A stretch of DNA of 64,000 nucleotides from Lachnospiraceae bacterium (GCA_017476665.1 JAFUZJ010000029.1:19331-83330), one strand, 5' to 3'; positions 51,053 through 61,004 are shown, counted from the first letter of the stretch. Program-made: numbers and translations. Notes: a model not told the origin generated them from the sequence alone.

Positions 51053-53497
51053 ATGATAGACATTTTGTTTGACAAGCTTTATCGGTATGATCGGATTTCG
51101 GAGCCGTGTTACATTGGTATTCCTGTGAAAAAGGGAGAGTTGAAGGATACAGAGCAGGTGAAAGTGCTGCAGGCGGGGAAAGCGTTACCGCTTCAGACGA
51201 AGGTGACTTCCAGACACGGAGACGGTTCCGTGCGGTTCCTGTTCCTGCGATTTTTGGCGGATCTTCCGGCGAATAAGGGCGTGACACTCCAGTGTGATCT
51301 GCACGGAGAGAGCAAAACGGAAGCGGTCTCTGATTTCGGTGCGGTGCAGGTATGTAAAGATCAAAATGGGATATCCGTTCAGACAAGATGTGATGGGACG
51401 GATCAGGATTTTATCTTCTGGGTACAGAACGATACCGACAGTCTGTTTGCCCGGATGCATGTGCCAGGCCGGACGTATGATAAGAGTCAGTTTGCAGGTC
51501 CTTTTCTGAAGGACGGCGAGGGGAATTCCTATCAGGTGCGGATCGGTCAGTGGCAGGTTGTGGAGAGCGGTCCAGTCTGTGCGATCCTGAAGGCGAAGGG
51601 CAGTAATGTGCTTGCCAAGGACGGCAGTGATGCGGAAGGTGTGCCGGACAGGCAGATTGATTTTGAGATAAAGTTGACCGCCTGGGCGGGGAAGCCTTGG
51701 GTGGAGATTTCCTATCGAATCATCAACACCACGGATGATCCGCTGCATGTGGCGTCTCTGGAATTCTCTGTGCTGCGCACGGAGGACAGCCAGATGCCAG
51801 AGGGACTGGTTTCCATGGAGCAGTATCTGCCGAAACATGAGAAACTGGATTCCACCGGCTGCGGAGATCTGGTGGATGCGTCGGATTTTGGCGAGGGACC
51901 GATCTTTCATGCAAGGGGAACGGGTGAAGCAGAACAGTTGGTGGAGCGGAAGCTGGCTGGCGGTGTGCGCACCTGTGTGGCAAGCTCCAATTATAAGACA
52001 GACTATCATGTGGGCAGGGACGGCGTGACGGTGAATCGGGTCGTGGATGCCCAGAAACTGATGACAGAGGCCAATGAGCATTATGCGGAGGTATTGTACG
52101 GAACCTTCTTTGCGGACTGTACGGATGCCCAGGGCGGTGTGACCGCGGTGGTCTATCAGGCGCAGCAGAATTATCCCAAGGCGGTGCAGGCAGACGAAAA
52201 CGGCGTGACGGTGATGTTGGTACCGGAAAACATAGAGAAAGTTGTTCTGCAGAGTGGGATGTCCAGGGAACAGAAGATGCTGTTATTTTTTCACACGGCG
52301 GAGGAATCTTTCGCGGAGATCAACAATCGCAGTCTGATCTATCAGATGCCGGACAGACCTTATCTCTCCCCGAAAGTGCATGCCGAATCCGGTGTATGGC
52401 TGGATGTGTTTGCGAATAACTTTGACCCGGAGGTGGAGCGAAATCTGGTGGGAAGAGCGGACGGGCACTGCCGTGCTTACGGGATGATGAATTTCGGGGA
52501 TTCCTATGACAGCGGTTATACGGCCCAGGGCAGAGGCGGCGGACGGCTTGTCTGGTGTAACAATGAGTATGATTATCCCCATGCCTGCGCGCTCTTGTAT
52601 GTGCGCACGGGGATCCGGAGATTTTTGGATTATAACATTGCGTCCTGTAGTCACTGGATGGATGTGGATGTGTGCCATTATCACAGGGATCCGCATTATA
52701 TCGGCGGACAGTGGGAACACACCGGCGGTCATTGCGTGAACGGTGTCATGGTCTGCTCTCATGAGTGGGTGGAGGGATTGCTGGATTATTATCATTTCAC
52801 CGGAGATGAGAGAGGTTTGGAGACGGCGCTGGGGATCGGAGCCAATGTGATGGGGCTTTTGGATATGCCCATGTATGCCCAGGTGGGTGAGGCGAATGCC
52901 AGAGAGACCGGATGGGCGCTGCGTACTTTGACGGCGCTGTACATAGAGACCAGAGACGAGAAGTGGCTTGGAAAATGTAAGAAGATCCTGAATGACTTTT
53001 TTACCTGGGAGAAGCAATACGGTAATTGGCTGGCGCCCTATACGGACAACACGGCGATCCGGGTCGGCTTCATGATCTCCATTGCGGTGGGAAGTCTGAT
53101 GCGGTATTACAGAGAATTCCCTGACGAGGAACTGAAGGGGCTGATGCTGCGGGCGGTGGATGATCTGGTAGAGAACTGTTATGTGAAGGAATGGGGAATT
53201 TTTTACTATAAGGAATTGCCCAGCTTGAACCGGCGAGGAAATAATACCCTGTTGCTGGAGGCATTGGTGATTGCTTATGAACTGTCAGGAGATCCGGAAT
53301 ACCTGAAATATGGCATTACGACGTTCCGCAATGCAATCCGTGAGGCTACCCCCGGCGGTGTAGGCACCAAAAAAGTGGTGGAGGATGCCGTAATTGTGGG
53401 CAATGCAAGCAGCAAGCAGTTTGCCCAGAGTATGATCCCACTGGCGACATTTTACAGGGCGGTATCGGAGTGCGGTCTTTGGCAGCAGCCGGAATAA
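51053..53497 (+). CDS. PcRGLX/YetA-like protein (putative polysaccharide lyase/hydrolase; N-terminal barrel plus alpha/alpha toroid)
   Basis: RBS AAAGGAGG. The N-terminal pattern IGIPVKKGELKDTEQVKVLQAGKALPLQTKVTSRHGDGSVRFLFLRFLADL matches my memory of the PcRGLX/YetA family opening. There is no signal peptide. The family call is from memory. Confidence 0.5.
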   Translation: MIDILFDKLYRYDRISEPCYIGIPVKKGELKDTEQVKVLQAGKALPLQTKVTSRHGDGSVRFLFLRFLADLPANKGVTLQCDLHGESKTEAVSDFGAVQVCKDQNGISVQTRCDGTDQDFIFWVQNDTDSLFARMHVPGRTYDKSQFAGPFLKDGEGNSYQVRIGQWQVVESGPVCAILKAKGSNVLAKDGSDAEGVPDRQIDFEIKLTAWAGKPWVEISYRIINTTDDPLHVASLEFSVLRTEDSQMPEGLVSMEQYLPKHEKLDSTGCGDLVDASDFGEGPIFHARGTGEAEQLVERKLAGGVRTCVASSNYKTDYHVGRDGVTVNRVVDAQKLMTEANEHYAEVLYGTFFADCTDAQGGVTAVVYQAQQNYPKAVQADENGVTVMLVPENIEKVVLQSGMSREQKMLLFFHTAEESFAEINNRSLIYQMPDRPYLSPKVHAESGVWLDVFANNFDPEVERNLVGRADGHCRAYGMMNFGDSYDSGYTAQGRGGGRLVWCNNEYDYPHACALLYVRTGIRRFLDYNIASCSHWMDVDVCHYHRDPHYIGGQWEHTGGHCVNGVMVCSHEWVEGLLDYYHFTGDERGLETALGIGANVMGLLDMPMYAQVGEANARETGWALRTLTALYIETRDEKWLGKCKKILNDFFTWEKQYGNWLAPYTDNTAIRVGFMISIAVGSLMRYYREFPDEELKGLMLRAVDDLVENCYVKEWGIFYYKELPSLNRRGNNTLLLEALVIAYELSGDPEYLKYGITTFRNAIREATPGGVGTKKVVEDAVIVGNASSKQFAQSMIPLATFYRAVSECGLWQQPE

Positions 53498-53515
53498 AAG
53501 AAAGAGGATAATGGA

Positions 53516-54031
53516 ATGCTGGAACCTTTTTACCCGGATCATGAGTCGGACAGTGCCTATGAGATTGATTACAGGCAGCTGTACGAACACGGCATCCGGG
53601 GCGTGATCTTTGACATTGACAATACACTGGTGCCCCACGGGGCACCGGCAGATGCACGGGCAAGGAATCTGTTTGAGAAGCTCAGAGCGATCGGGTTGGA
53701 TACGCTCCTTTTGTCTAACAATAAGGAACCGCGGGTGAAGAGTTTTGCGGACGCGGTGGGAAGTAAATATATCTATAAGGCGGGAAAACCGGGCAGAAGA
53801 GGTTATCAGGAGGCGATGAAGCGGATGGCCACGAAACCGGAGACAACGGTGTTTGTGGGGGATCAGCTCTTTACGGATGTCTGGGGGGCGAAGAAGGCGG
53901 GAATTGTAACTTACCTGACCAGGCCCATCCATCCCAAGGAGGAGATCCAGATTGTGCTGAAGCGAAGGCTGGAGTATATTGTGCTGTATTTTTATCACAA
54001 AAAAGGAGGAAATTCTCATGCAGGCGATTGA
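53516..54031 (+). CDS. yqeG: YqeG-family HAD-IIIA phosphatase
   Basis: It has the FDIDNTL (motif I), LLSNN and GDQLFTDVWGAKKAG motifs. Confidence 0.85.
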   Translation: MLEPFYPDHESDSAYEIDYRQLYEHGIRGVIFDIDNTLVPHGAPADARARNLFEKLRAIGLDTLLLSNNKEPRVKSFADAVGSKYIYKAGKPGRRGYQEAMKRMATKPETTVFVGDQLFTDVWGAKKAGIVTYLTRPIHPKEEIQIVLKRRLEYIVLYFYHKKGGNSHAGD

Positions 54032-54884
54032 CGGATATACCCGTACCTGTGGGCTGATCGGAAATCCGGTGGAGCATACGCTTTCCCCGGTGATCCATAA
54101 TACGCTGGCGGAACTGACAGGGCAGAAACTCTGTTATGTGCCGTTTCACGTGGAGACCGGCAGACTGGAAGATGCGGTGAAAGGGGCTTATGCGCTGAAT
54201 CTGCTGGGGCTGAATGTGACGGTGCCCTACAAGAGCGAAGTGATTCCGTTTTTGAAGGAGATCGACCCGCTGGCGCAGAAGATCGGCGCCGTGAACACGC
54301 TGGTGCGCATGGAGGGCGGTTATAAGGGGTACAATACAGACATGCCCGGTCTGTACCGTGCCATGTGCGCGGATGGGGTGAAGATAGAAGGCGAGAGGGT
54401 ACTGATCCTGGGAGCGGGTGGTGTGGCTCGGGCGGTGGCGGTGTTGCTTGCGGAAAAAGGCGCGAATGAGATCATATTAATGAACCGTACGGTGGAAAAG
54501 GCAAAAAAGGTCGCAGGGGAAGTCAACGGATACGCTGGACGGGAGCTGGTGAAGGCGATGGCGAACGAAGATTACGGGAAACTGCCGCAAGACCGAAAGT
54601 ATCTGGTTATTCAGGCGACCAGCGTGGGGCTGCATCCCCATGATGAGGACGTGGTGATCGAGGACGAAGCTTTTTACGAGAGAATCCATACCGGATATGA
54701 TCTGATCTTTAATCCGCCCCAGACGAAGTTTATGAAGTTGGTGCAGGCACACGGAGGCAGGGCATTCAACGGGGCGAAAATGCTGCTATATCAGGGCGTG
54801 ATCGCATATGAGTACTGGACGAATACGCAGATCACGGAGGAACAGGCACAGACGGTATTTGAGGCAATGCAGCGAAAAGACTGA
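54018..54884 (+). CDS. aroE: Shikimate dehydrogenase
   Basis: The ATG at 54018 follows AAAGGAGGA and overlaps the yqeG end by 14 nt. Motifs present are GLIGNPVEHTLSPVIHN, NVTVPYK and ILGAGGVARAV. Confidence 0.9.
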   Translation: MQAIDGYTRTCGLIGNPVEHTLSPVIHNTLAELTGQKLCYVPFHVETGRLEDAVKGAYALNLLGLNVTVPYKSEVIPFLKEIDPLAQKIGAVNTLVRMEGGYKGYNTDMPGLYRAMCADGVKIEGERVLILGAGGVARAVAVLLAEKGANEIILMNRTVEKAKKVAGEVNGYAGRELVKAMANEDYGKLPQDRKYLVIQATSVGLHPHDEDVVIEDEAFYERIHTGYDLIFNPPQTKFMKLVQAHGGRAFNGAKMLLYQGVIAYEYWTNTQITEEQAQTVFEAMQRKD

Positions 54885-54899
54885 ATGCGGAGGCATAAT

Positions 54900-55859
54900 A
54901 TGGACAACAAAGGAAAAAACATAATTTTGATCGGATTTATGGGAAGCGGTAAGACGACCACCGGACTGAAGCTTTCTTACAAGATACACATGCCGGTGGA
55001 GGATACGGACAAACTGATCGAGAGCAAGCAGGGGAAAAGCATTTCCGACATTTTTGCGCAGGACGGGGAGGAGGCTTTCCGGCAGATGGAAACGGAACTG
55101 CTCCGCGAGATCGCGGGAAGAAACTATGGACGGATTATTTCCGTGGGCGGAGGCATGCCGGTCAGGGAGGAGAACCGGGCGCTGTTGAAGCAGTGCGGTA
55201 AGGTGTTTTATCTGCGGGCAAAGGCGGAGACTATATATGACAGGATCAAAGAGGATACCACGAGACCTTTGCTGCAATGTGCGGATCCGCTGGCTAAGAT
55301 CAGGGAGCTGCTGGCAGAGCGGGCAGAAGCGTATGAAACTTGCGCCGATGTGATCCTGGATGTGGATGGACTTCCTGTGTTCAAGGTTGTGGAAGAGATC
55401 ATGAAACCCAGAAAGCTTCTGGTGATCAACGGTCCCAATCTTAATTTTCTCGGGATCCGGGAGAAAGCGGTTTACGGCACACAGGATTATCAATATCTCC
55501 TGAATCTGATCGCACAGAAGGCCAAAGAGAGCGGCAGTGATATTCAGGTCTTTCAGTCCAATCATGAGGGCGCTATCATTGATCGGATCCAGGAGGCGTA
55601 CTTTGACGGGACCGAGGGGATCGTGATCAATCCGGGGGCTTACACGCATTACAGTTATGCAATCCGGGATGCTTTGGCCAGCATTACGGTACCGAAGGTG
55701 GAAATTCATATTTCGGATATCACCCAGAGGGAGGAATTCCGGAAGAATTCGGTGACCAAAGAAGCGTGTGATCATCAGATATACGGGCAGGGTCTGAACG
55801 GGTATCTGATGGCGATAGACTATATTTTTGAGAATTTTTGTAAAAAAGAGTTGAAATAG
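54900..55859 (+). CDS. Bifunctional shikimate kinase / type II 3-dehydroquinate dehydratase fusion
   Basis: The N-terminal half has the AroK Walker A in NIILIGFMGSGKTTTG. The C-terminal half is AroQ (LLVINGPNLNFLGIRE...FQSNHEGAIIDRIQ...INPGAYTHYSYAIRDAL...VEIHISDI). The ATG at 54900 has a GGAGG RBS. The track starts at 54885. Confidence 0.85.
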   Translation: MDNKGKNIILIGFMGSGKTTTGLKLSYKIHMPVEDTDKLIESKQGKSISDIFAQDGEEAFRQMETELLREIAGRNYGRIISVGGGMPVREENRALLKQCGKVFYLRAKAETIYDRIKEDTTRPLLQCADPLAKIRELLAERAEAYETCADVILDVDGLPVFKVVEEIMKPRKLLVINGPNLNFLGIREKAVYGTQDYQYLLNLIAQKAKESGSDIQVFQSNHEGAIIDRIQEAYFDGTEGIVINPGAYTHYSYAIRDALASITVPKVEIHISDITQREEFRKNSVTKEACDHQIYGQGLNGYLMAIDYIFENFCKKELK

Positions 55860-55920
55860 ATTTGCTTTTAGTATAAAATATCCATGAATTATATCGTGAA
55901 AATTTTAGGAGGAACATATT

Positions 55921-56478
55921 ATGATTTCTGCAGGCGACTTCAGAAATGGTATTACGATTGAATATGACAACAATGTATACCAGATCATCGAATTCCAGCA
56001 TGTAAAACCCGGAAAGGGCGCGGCTTTCGTTCGCACGAAGCTGAAAAATATCAAGAGCGGCGGTGTGGTTGAGAAGACTTTCCGTCCTACAGAGAAGTGC
56101 CCTCAGGCGCGTATTGATAGAAAAGATATGCAGTATCTGTATGCCGATGGTGATCTCTATACCTTTATGGATATGGAGACCTATGAGCAGATCGCATTGA
56201 ATAGTGAGACAGTAGGCGATGCACTCAAGTTCGTGAAAGAGAACGAGATGTGCAAGGTTTGCTCCCATAACGGCAGTGTGTTCTCCGTGGAGCCCCCTCT
56301 GTTTGTAGAGTTGGATATCACAGAGACGGAGCCCGGTTTCAAGGGTGATACCGCTACCGGCGCTACCAAGCCCGCAACTGTTGAGACAGGTGCGTTGGTT
56401 TATGTGCCTTTGTTCGTAGAGCAGGGAGACAAGATCAAGATCGACACCAGAACAGGTGAGTATCTTTCCCGCGTGTAA
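55921..56478 (+). CDS. efp: Elongation factor P
   Basis: [55 protein letters not shown]. Confidence 0.95.
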   Translation: MISAGDFRNGITIEYDNNVYQIIEFQHVKPGKGAAFVRTKLKNIKSGGVVEKTFRPTEKCPQARIDRKDMQYLYADGDLYTFMDMETYEQIALNSETVGDALKFVKENEMCKVCSHNGSVFSVEPPLFVELDITETEPGFKGDTATGATKPATVETGALVYVPLFVEQGDKIKIDTRTGEYLSRV

Positions 56479-56552
56479 CTGATATCTTTTCCAAACGGCA
56501 GTTTCATAGCTGCTATATGCTGAACTATATGCTGAAATAGAAATGCAATGTA

Positions 56553-56604
56553 AGACAATGGACAGGCTCCCGTGAGCGCGGGAGTGGTTTCATTGTCTTT
56601 TTTG
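56553..56604 (+). terminator. Intrinsic terminator after efp
   Basis: AGACAATG...CTCCCG-TGAG-CGGGAG...CATTGTCT followed by TTTTTT. Confidence 0.75.
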
Positions 56605-56677
56605 TGTCTTGTTTTATCCCGTGCGAATGCGCAAAAACTCAAAAAACAAAATTTATAAAAAAGAAAAGAGGAAATTT

Positions 56678-57604
56678 ATGGAAAAAAAGAGAAATACGAT
56701 CAAATTGGACAACATGACTTATACCAATATCCGATGCTTTGCAGAGGCGGTGAGCCAGAGTGTCTCGCGGAAGATGGGAGACCGGTATGAGGTAAAATTA
56801 CAGGAAGTGAGAAAAAATAATGGTGTAGTGCTGCAGGGCCTGATCATTTTGTCCGCAGAAAAGAATCTGTCGCCCACCATTTACCTCAATTCTTTCTGGG
56901 AGATGTATGTCTCCGGAACGTCACTGGAACGTATTCTGCGTATGGTGATCGAGGTATATGAGCAGAATACGCCTGCCGATAACGTGGATATGTCCTTCTT
57001 CAGGGATTATGAAAAAGTGCGTCAGAGAATCTGCTATAAACTGATCAATACGAGAAAGAACAGGAGCCTTTTGGAGCAGATTCCGCATGTGGATCTTCTG
57101 GATCTGAGTCTGTGTTTTTATTACGCATATGAAGATAAGGTGTTGGGGTCCGGGGCAATCCTGATCCATAACAATCACATGGAGATGTGGAACTGCACGA
57201 CAGAGATGCTGATGCAGGAGGCTGCCAGAAATACAGAGCGAATCTATCCGATGCATTTATATCAGATGGGAGAGCTTCTGAAGGAATATACCGGAGAAAA
57301 CATGGATGTTCCCATGAAGGTATTGACAAATGAGCAGCGATGCCATGGAGCAACCTGTATGGTGTATCAGGGGTTGTTAAAAAAGATTGCGGACCGGATG
57401 GAAGATGATCTGTATATTTTGCCCAGTTCCATTCATGAGGTCATTCTTCTGCCGGCCAGCGAGGTGGAAGAGAAAGAAAAAATGCAGGATATTATACAGG
57501 AAGTGAATCGTGCATGCGTTGACCCGGAGGAAATTCTTTCCGACAGTCTTTATTTCTATCATCGTAAGGAAAATCGAATCAATAATCTTTCCAATTCCCA
57601 ATAG
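56678..57604 (+). CDS. DUF5688-like protein
   Basis: The ATG at 56678 follows AAGAGGAAA. VKLQEVRKNNGVVLQGLIILSAEKNLSPTIYLNSFWEMY matches my memory of the DUF5688 opening. That family is often seen on conjugative elements of Clostridia. Confidence 0.55.
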   Translation: MEKKRNTIKLDNMTYTNIRCFAEAVSQSVSRKMGDRYEVKLQEVRKNNGVVLQGLIILSAEKNLSPTIYLNSFWEMYVSGTSLERILRMVIEVYEQNTPADNVDMSFFRDYEKVRQRICYKLINTRKNRSLLEQIPHVDLLDLSLCFYYAYEDKVLGSGAILIHNNHMEMWNCTTEMLMQEAARNTERIYPMHLYQMGELLKEYTGENMDVPMKVLTNEQRCHGATCMVYQGLLKKIADRMEDDLYILPSSIHEVILLPASEVEEKEKMQDIIQEVNRACVDPEEILSDSLYFYHRKENRINNLSNSQ

Positions 57605-57663
57605 AGAATGAAGTACAGAAAGCAGTTTAGAAAGCAGTTTCGTTTTTTTTAAGAAAATCCATG

Positions 57664-57692
57664 TAGACAGAGTACAAGTTTTGTGGTATGAT
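57664..57692 (+). promoter_or_regulatory. Candidate promoter for the tRNA gene
   Basis: TAGACA, 17 nt spacer, (TGG)TATGAT extended -10. Confidence 0.45.
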
Positions 57693-57814
57693 AATCAAGG
57701 TGATGTAACAAAGTTGTAACAATTCGCATCCGTAGTCTAATGGATAGAACGAAGGCCTCCGACGCCTTTAATGCAGGTTCGATTCCTGTCGGATGCACTT
57801 TACATCACCTTGAT
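57693..57814 (+). repeat. Perfect 16-bp inverted repeat enclosing the tRNA gene
   Basis: 57693..57708 reads AATCAAGGTGATGTAA and 57799..57814 reads TTACATCACCTTGATT, its exact reverse complement. TTTTTT follows. Confidence 0.95.
57726..57797 (+). tRNA. tRNA-Arg (anticodon CCG), no encoded CCA
   Basis: I folded the cloverleaf by hand. The acceptor stem is GCATCCG/CGGATGC. The anticodon stem is AAGGC/GCCTT with loop CTCCGAC. The T arm is GCAGG-TTCGATT-CCTGT. The D loop is AATGGATA. The D stem has one C-A mismatch. Confidence 0.85.
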
Positions 57815-57833
57815 TTTTTTGAGAGGATTTTTT

Positions 57834-59027
57834 ATGTTAAAAGATAAATTACAGTTGGTACGCAGTTTCATGACAAAGAATTATAAGATTGTGTTTCCGG
57901 TTGTTGTGGTACTTGCAGTAGCAGTGACAGTTTGTATTGCATTGGGGGCATCCGGTGAGCGGAAGATTGGGGATATCGTTCCGGAGAGTACAGACCAGAC
58001 GCAGGCTTCTCAGCCGGTTGTGGAAGATGTTCCCATGACTGAGAATTCCGATCAGGCGATCAAAGAATTAATCTATACGTTTTATAATGCACAGGCGACG
58101 GGTGACATCGATACAATTAAGTCTGTCTGCGATGAGGTGTCGGATCTGGATGTGATATCCTTCGAGGAGAAGGCAAATTATATCGAGTATTTCCCTCTGA
58201 TCGAGATTTATACCAAGAAAGGTATGAATGAAGGCGAAAGTATCGTATATGTATATTACAAAATGACTTTTGTCAATCATGAGGAGGAGTTCCCCGGTTA
58301 TACAACCCATTATGTCTGCACTGCGGAAGATGGTTCGCTGTACATCAAGCGCACCAATATCAGCGAAGAGCTGAATGCTTATATCAGCATGATCTGTGCG
58401 CAGGATGATGTGGTGGAATTCAATAACCGTATCACGGCAGAGTATGATGATTTCTTCAAGGAGCATCCGGATCTTAAGGGTTATGCGGAAGAAGTTATGG
58501 CTCAGGTCAATATGAATGTCGGCGTGAAATGGTCCCAGATGCAGGAGGAAGCAGCGGCGCAGGCTGCAGCGAATGCAGGCGGTAATGATTCCGAAGACCC
58601 TGAGGTGATAGACGGACCGGTGGTGACAGAAGAGCCGGTATATGCGGTCGCGTTAGATACGGTGAATGTAAGAAGTTCTGACAGCGAGAAATCCGATAAG
58701 CTTGGCAAGGCTACAAAGGGAAGCAAATGGCTGGTAGTGGAAGAACGCGTGAATGGCTGGACCAAGATTGATTACGAAGGAAAAGAAGGTTATATCAGAT
58801 CTGATTTCCTGAGAGTGCAGGAAGGTGCAGCGGGACAGCCCACTATCGGAACAGTGAAGGCGAAGACCAATATCAATGTTCGTGCTGCCGCAAGCGAGAC
58901 GGCAGAGAAGCTTGGCGTGTTAGCCGGCGGCGATTCTGCTGAGTTGATCGCGGTAGAGGGAGACTGGTGTAAGATCAAGTACAATGATAAAGTCGGATAT
59001 ATCAAGGCCGAGTATGTGGAAAACTAA
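57834..59027 (+). CDS. TM-anchored protein with two C-terminal bacterial SH3 domains
   Basis: The ATG at 57834 follows GAGAGGA. The TM segment is IVFPVVVVLAVAVTVCIAL. The two SH3b repeats are VNVRSSDSEKSDKLGKATKGSKWLVVEERVNGWTKIDYEGKEGYIRSDFL and INVRAAASETAEKLGVLAGGDSAELIAVEGDWCKIKYNDKVGYIKAEYV. Confidence 0.75.
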   Translation: MLKDKLQLVRSFMTKNYKIVFPVVVVLAVAVTVCIALGASGERKIGDIVPESTDQTQASQPVVEDVPMTENSDQAIKELIYTFYNAQATGDIDTIKSVCDEVSDLDVISFEEKANYIEYFPLIEIYTKKGMNEGESIVYVYYKMTFVNHEEEFPGYTTHYVCTAEDGSLYIKRTNISEELNAYISMICAQDDVVEFNNRITAEYDDFFKEHPDLKGYAEEVMAQVNMNVGVKWSQMQEEAAAQAAANAGGNDSEDPEVIDGPVVTEEPVYAVALDTVNVRSSDSEKSDKLGKATKGSKWLVVEERVNGWTKIDYEGKEGYIRSDFLRVQEGAAGQPTIGTVKAKTNINVRAAASETAEKLGVLAGGDSAELIAVEGDWCKIKYNDKVGYIKAEYVEN

Positions 59028-59044
59028 GTGTGATAAAACAGTCG

Positions 59045-59075
59045 AAATTCCCAGGAGTTTTTTCTGGGAATTTTC
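59045..59075 (+). terminator. Probable intrinsic terminator
   Basis: AAATTCCCAG-loop-CTGGGAATTT forms a 10-bp stem. The T-run is interrupted. Confidence 0.55.
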
Positions 59076-59109
59076 TGTGTTTTGGTACAGAAGGGAAATT
59101 ATTTAAGAT

Positions 59110-60786
59110 ATGAATAAGCGGACGAAAACGAAAAAACCTTTTTTGATAAAATCGATTGTTCTGAGTATTACAATGGGGATCATGATCTGTATATTTGAAC
59201 CATTACAATTATATTTTACCAACATAGAGGAGTATTGGTTTGATATATATAATCTTTTTCCCGTCTGCCTTAAGATGTTTGCTGCCTTATTTGGCGCGGG
59301 ACTGTTGCTTTTTATCATGGCGCGTTTGATCGGTTACAAATTTTGGAAGATTATATATATCATTTATGGTGTCGTGTTCCTGTGTACATATATCCAGGGA
59401 AACTATTTGGCGGGAAATCTGCCGTTGCTGGATGGAAGCGTGGTCAATTGGCAGAATTATGATTATCAAAGGAAATACACAATTATTCTGTGGAGTGCTG
59501 TTATTCTCATAACAGCATTGGTGGGATGGAAGAGAAAAAGCGAGTTTGTTGTAAAAATGTATTTTTATATTTCGTCTGTTGTATTGTCTGTTTTGATCGT
59601 AACCTGCCTGATCACCGGAATGAATAATAACGGGTTATTGGATAAGGGAGATCTGACCGTCACAACAGATAAATTTATGACAATGTCCAAGGAAGGTAAG
59701 AATTTTGTGATCTTGCTACTGGATGCGACACGTGGCGAGGAAATGTATGAATTACTGATGCAGGATGACGAGATCAGGGCAAAATTCAAAGATTTTACAT
59801 ACTACGATGATACGATGGGGTCTTATCCGCTGACAAATCATTCGCTGCATTATGTGTTAAGCGGAGACTGGTATGAATATGATGAACTGATCAATGATTA
59901 CAGGACAAGAGTATTGTTGGAGGCTCCGCTGTTCACGGAACTGCAAAACAGGGATTATTCGATGGAACTATATACCCTGGAGATGCCGTTTGTTGACAAT
60001 GAGGGATTTTACAGGTTTGATAATTTCAAGAAAAAACAGGCATGGTTTTCGTCTGAATGGAAGTTGATCAAACTGGAACTTCGGCTTGTGGGATTGAAGT
60101 ATGCGCCATATGATCTGAAGAGACGATGTCTCGCTTTGCCGGATGAATTTGACAATCTTAAGGTTGTAGAGGATTTGGAATATGAAGTGTATTCTCCGGA
60201 GAATTCTTTTTTCATGCAGCATTTGAAGGAGGAGATGGAGTATATTCCGGAAAACAATTTTAAGTTTATTCATGTCAACGGAGCCCATGTGCCGTTTCGA
60301 TATAATAGAAATGTAGAGCTGATCGATGGACAAACCAATTATGATGAGGCAGTAGCTGCAGCCGCCAATATGGCGGGGGCTTATATTCAAAAACTGCAGG
60401 CATCAGGTGTATATGATAATACGGTGATCATTGTACTGTCAGATCATGGATACAATGATGAGCCATATGAGAATTTGTACTATAATCCGTACGGCAGGCA
60501 ACAGCCGATCCTGTTCATAAAAGGATTTAATGAGCATCATGAAGAAATGCAGGTTTCCGAAGCGCCTGTGGCACAGGGGGATTTGCAGGAGGCTTATGTG
60601 AAACTTATGGATGGCAGTTATGGTTCGGATGTATTTCCCTATAAAGAAGGCGATCAAAGGGAAAGGAGATTTCTCTGGTACAGGAGTGACAGATCCACAC
60701 ATTTTGAGGAATATATTCAAACCGGTCATGCATCAAATACGGAGACGATGATCAGAACCGGCAAGGTATATGATTGGGTTGATTAA
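59110..60786 (+). CDS. Polytopic membrane protein with an extracytoplasmic sulfatase/alkaline-phosphatase-like domain (LtaS/phosphotransferase-like)
   Basis: About 5 N-terminal TM helices are followed by NFVILLLDATRGEEM and VIIVLSDHGYN blocks typical of the sulfatase-like superfamily. The gene is AT-richer than its neighbours. Confidence 0.5.
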   Translation: MNKRTKTKKPFLIKSIVLSITMGIMICIFEPLQLYFTNIEEYWFDIYNLFPVCLKMFAALFGAGLLLFIMARLIGYKFWKIIYIIYGVVFLCTYIQGNYLAGNLPLLDGSVVNWQNYDYQRKYTIILWSAVILITALVGWKRKSEFVVKMYFYISSVVLSVLIVTCLITGMNNNGLLDKGDLTVTTDKFMTMSKEGKNFVILLLDATRGEEMYELLMQDDEIRAKFKDFTYYDDTMGSYPLTNHSLHYVLSGDWYEYDELINDYRTRVLLEAPLFTELQNRDYSMELYTLEMPFVDNEGFYRFDNFKKKQAWFSSEWKLIKLELRLVGLKYAPYDLKRRCLALPDEFDNLKVVEDLEYEVYSPENSFFMQHLKEEMEYIPENNFKFIHVNGAHVPFRYNRNVELIDGQTNYDEAVAAAANMAGAYIQKLQASGVYDNTVIIVLSDHGYNDEPYENLYYNPYGRQQPILFIKGFNEHHEEMQVSEAPVAQGDLQEAYVKLMDGSYGSDVFPYKEGDQRERRFLWYRSDRSTHFEEYIQTGHASNTETMIRTGKVYDWVD

Positions 60787-61004
60787 AGTTCGGGGCAGAA
60801 AGACAAATTGTGCAAAATGCACTAATTCATCCCCTGATTTTGTCCTAAACTTTTACGGTTTAATTCAATAAAGCATATTGAAAAATTCAAAAAGGTCGTT
60901 TATAATGAATCCATAAGGACAAAGGTGTCTGAGACTAAGGGACGTCTTTGTCCTTTTGTCATGGAAAACCTGAAAAACTATAATTATTTTAAAGGAGGAC
61001 ATGA

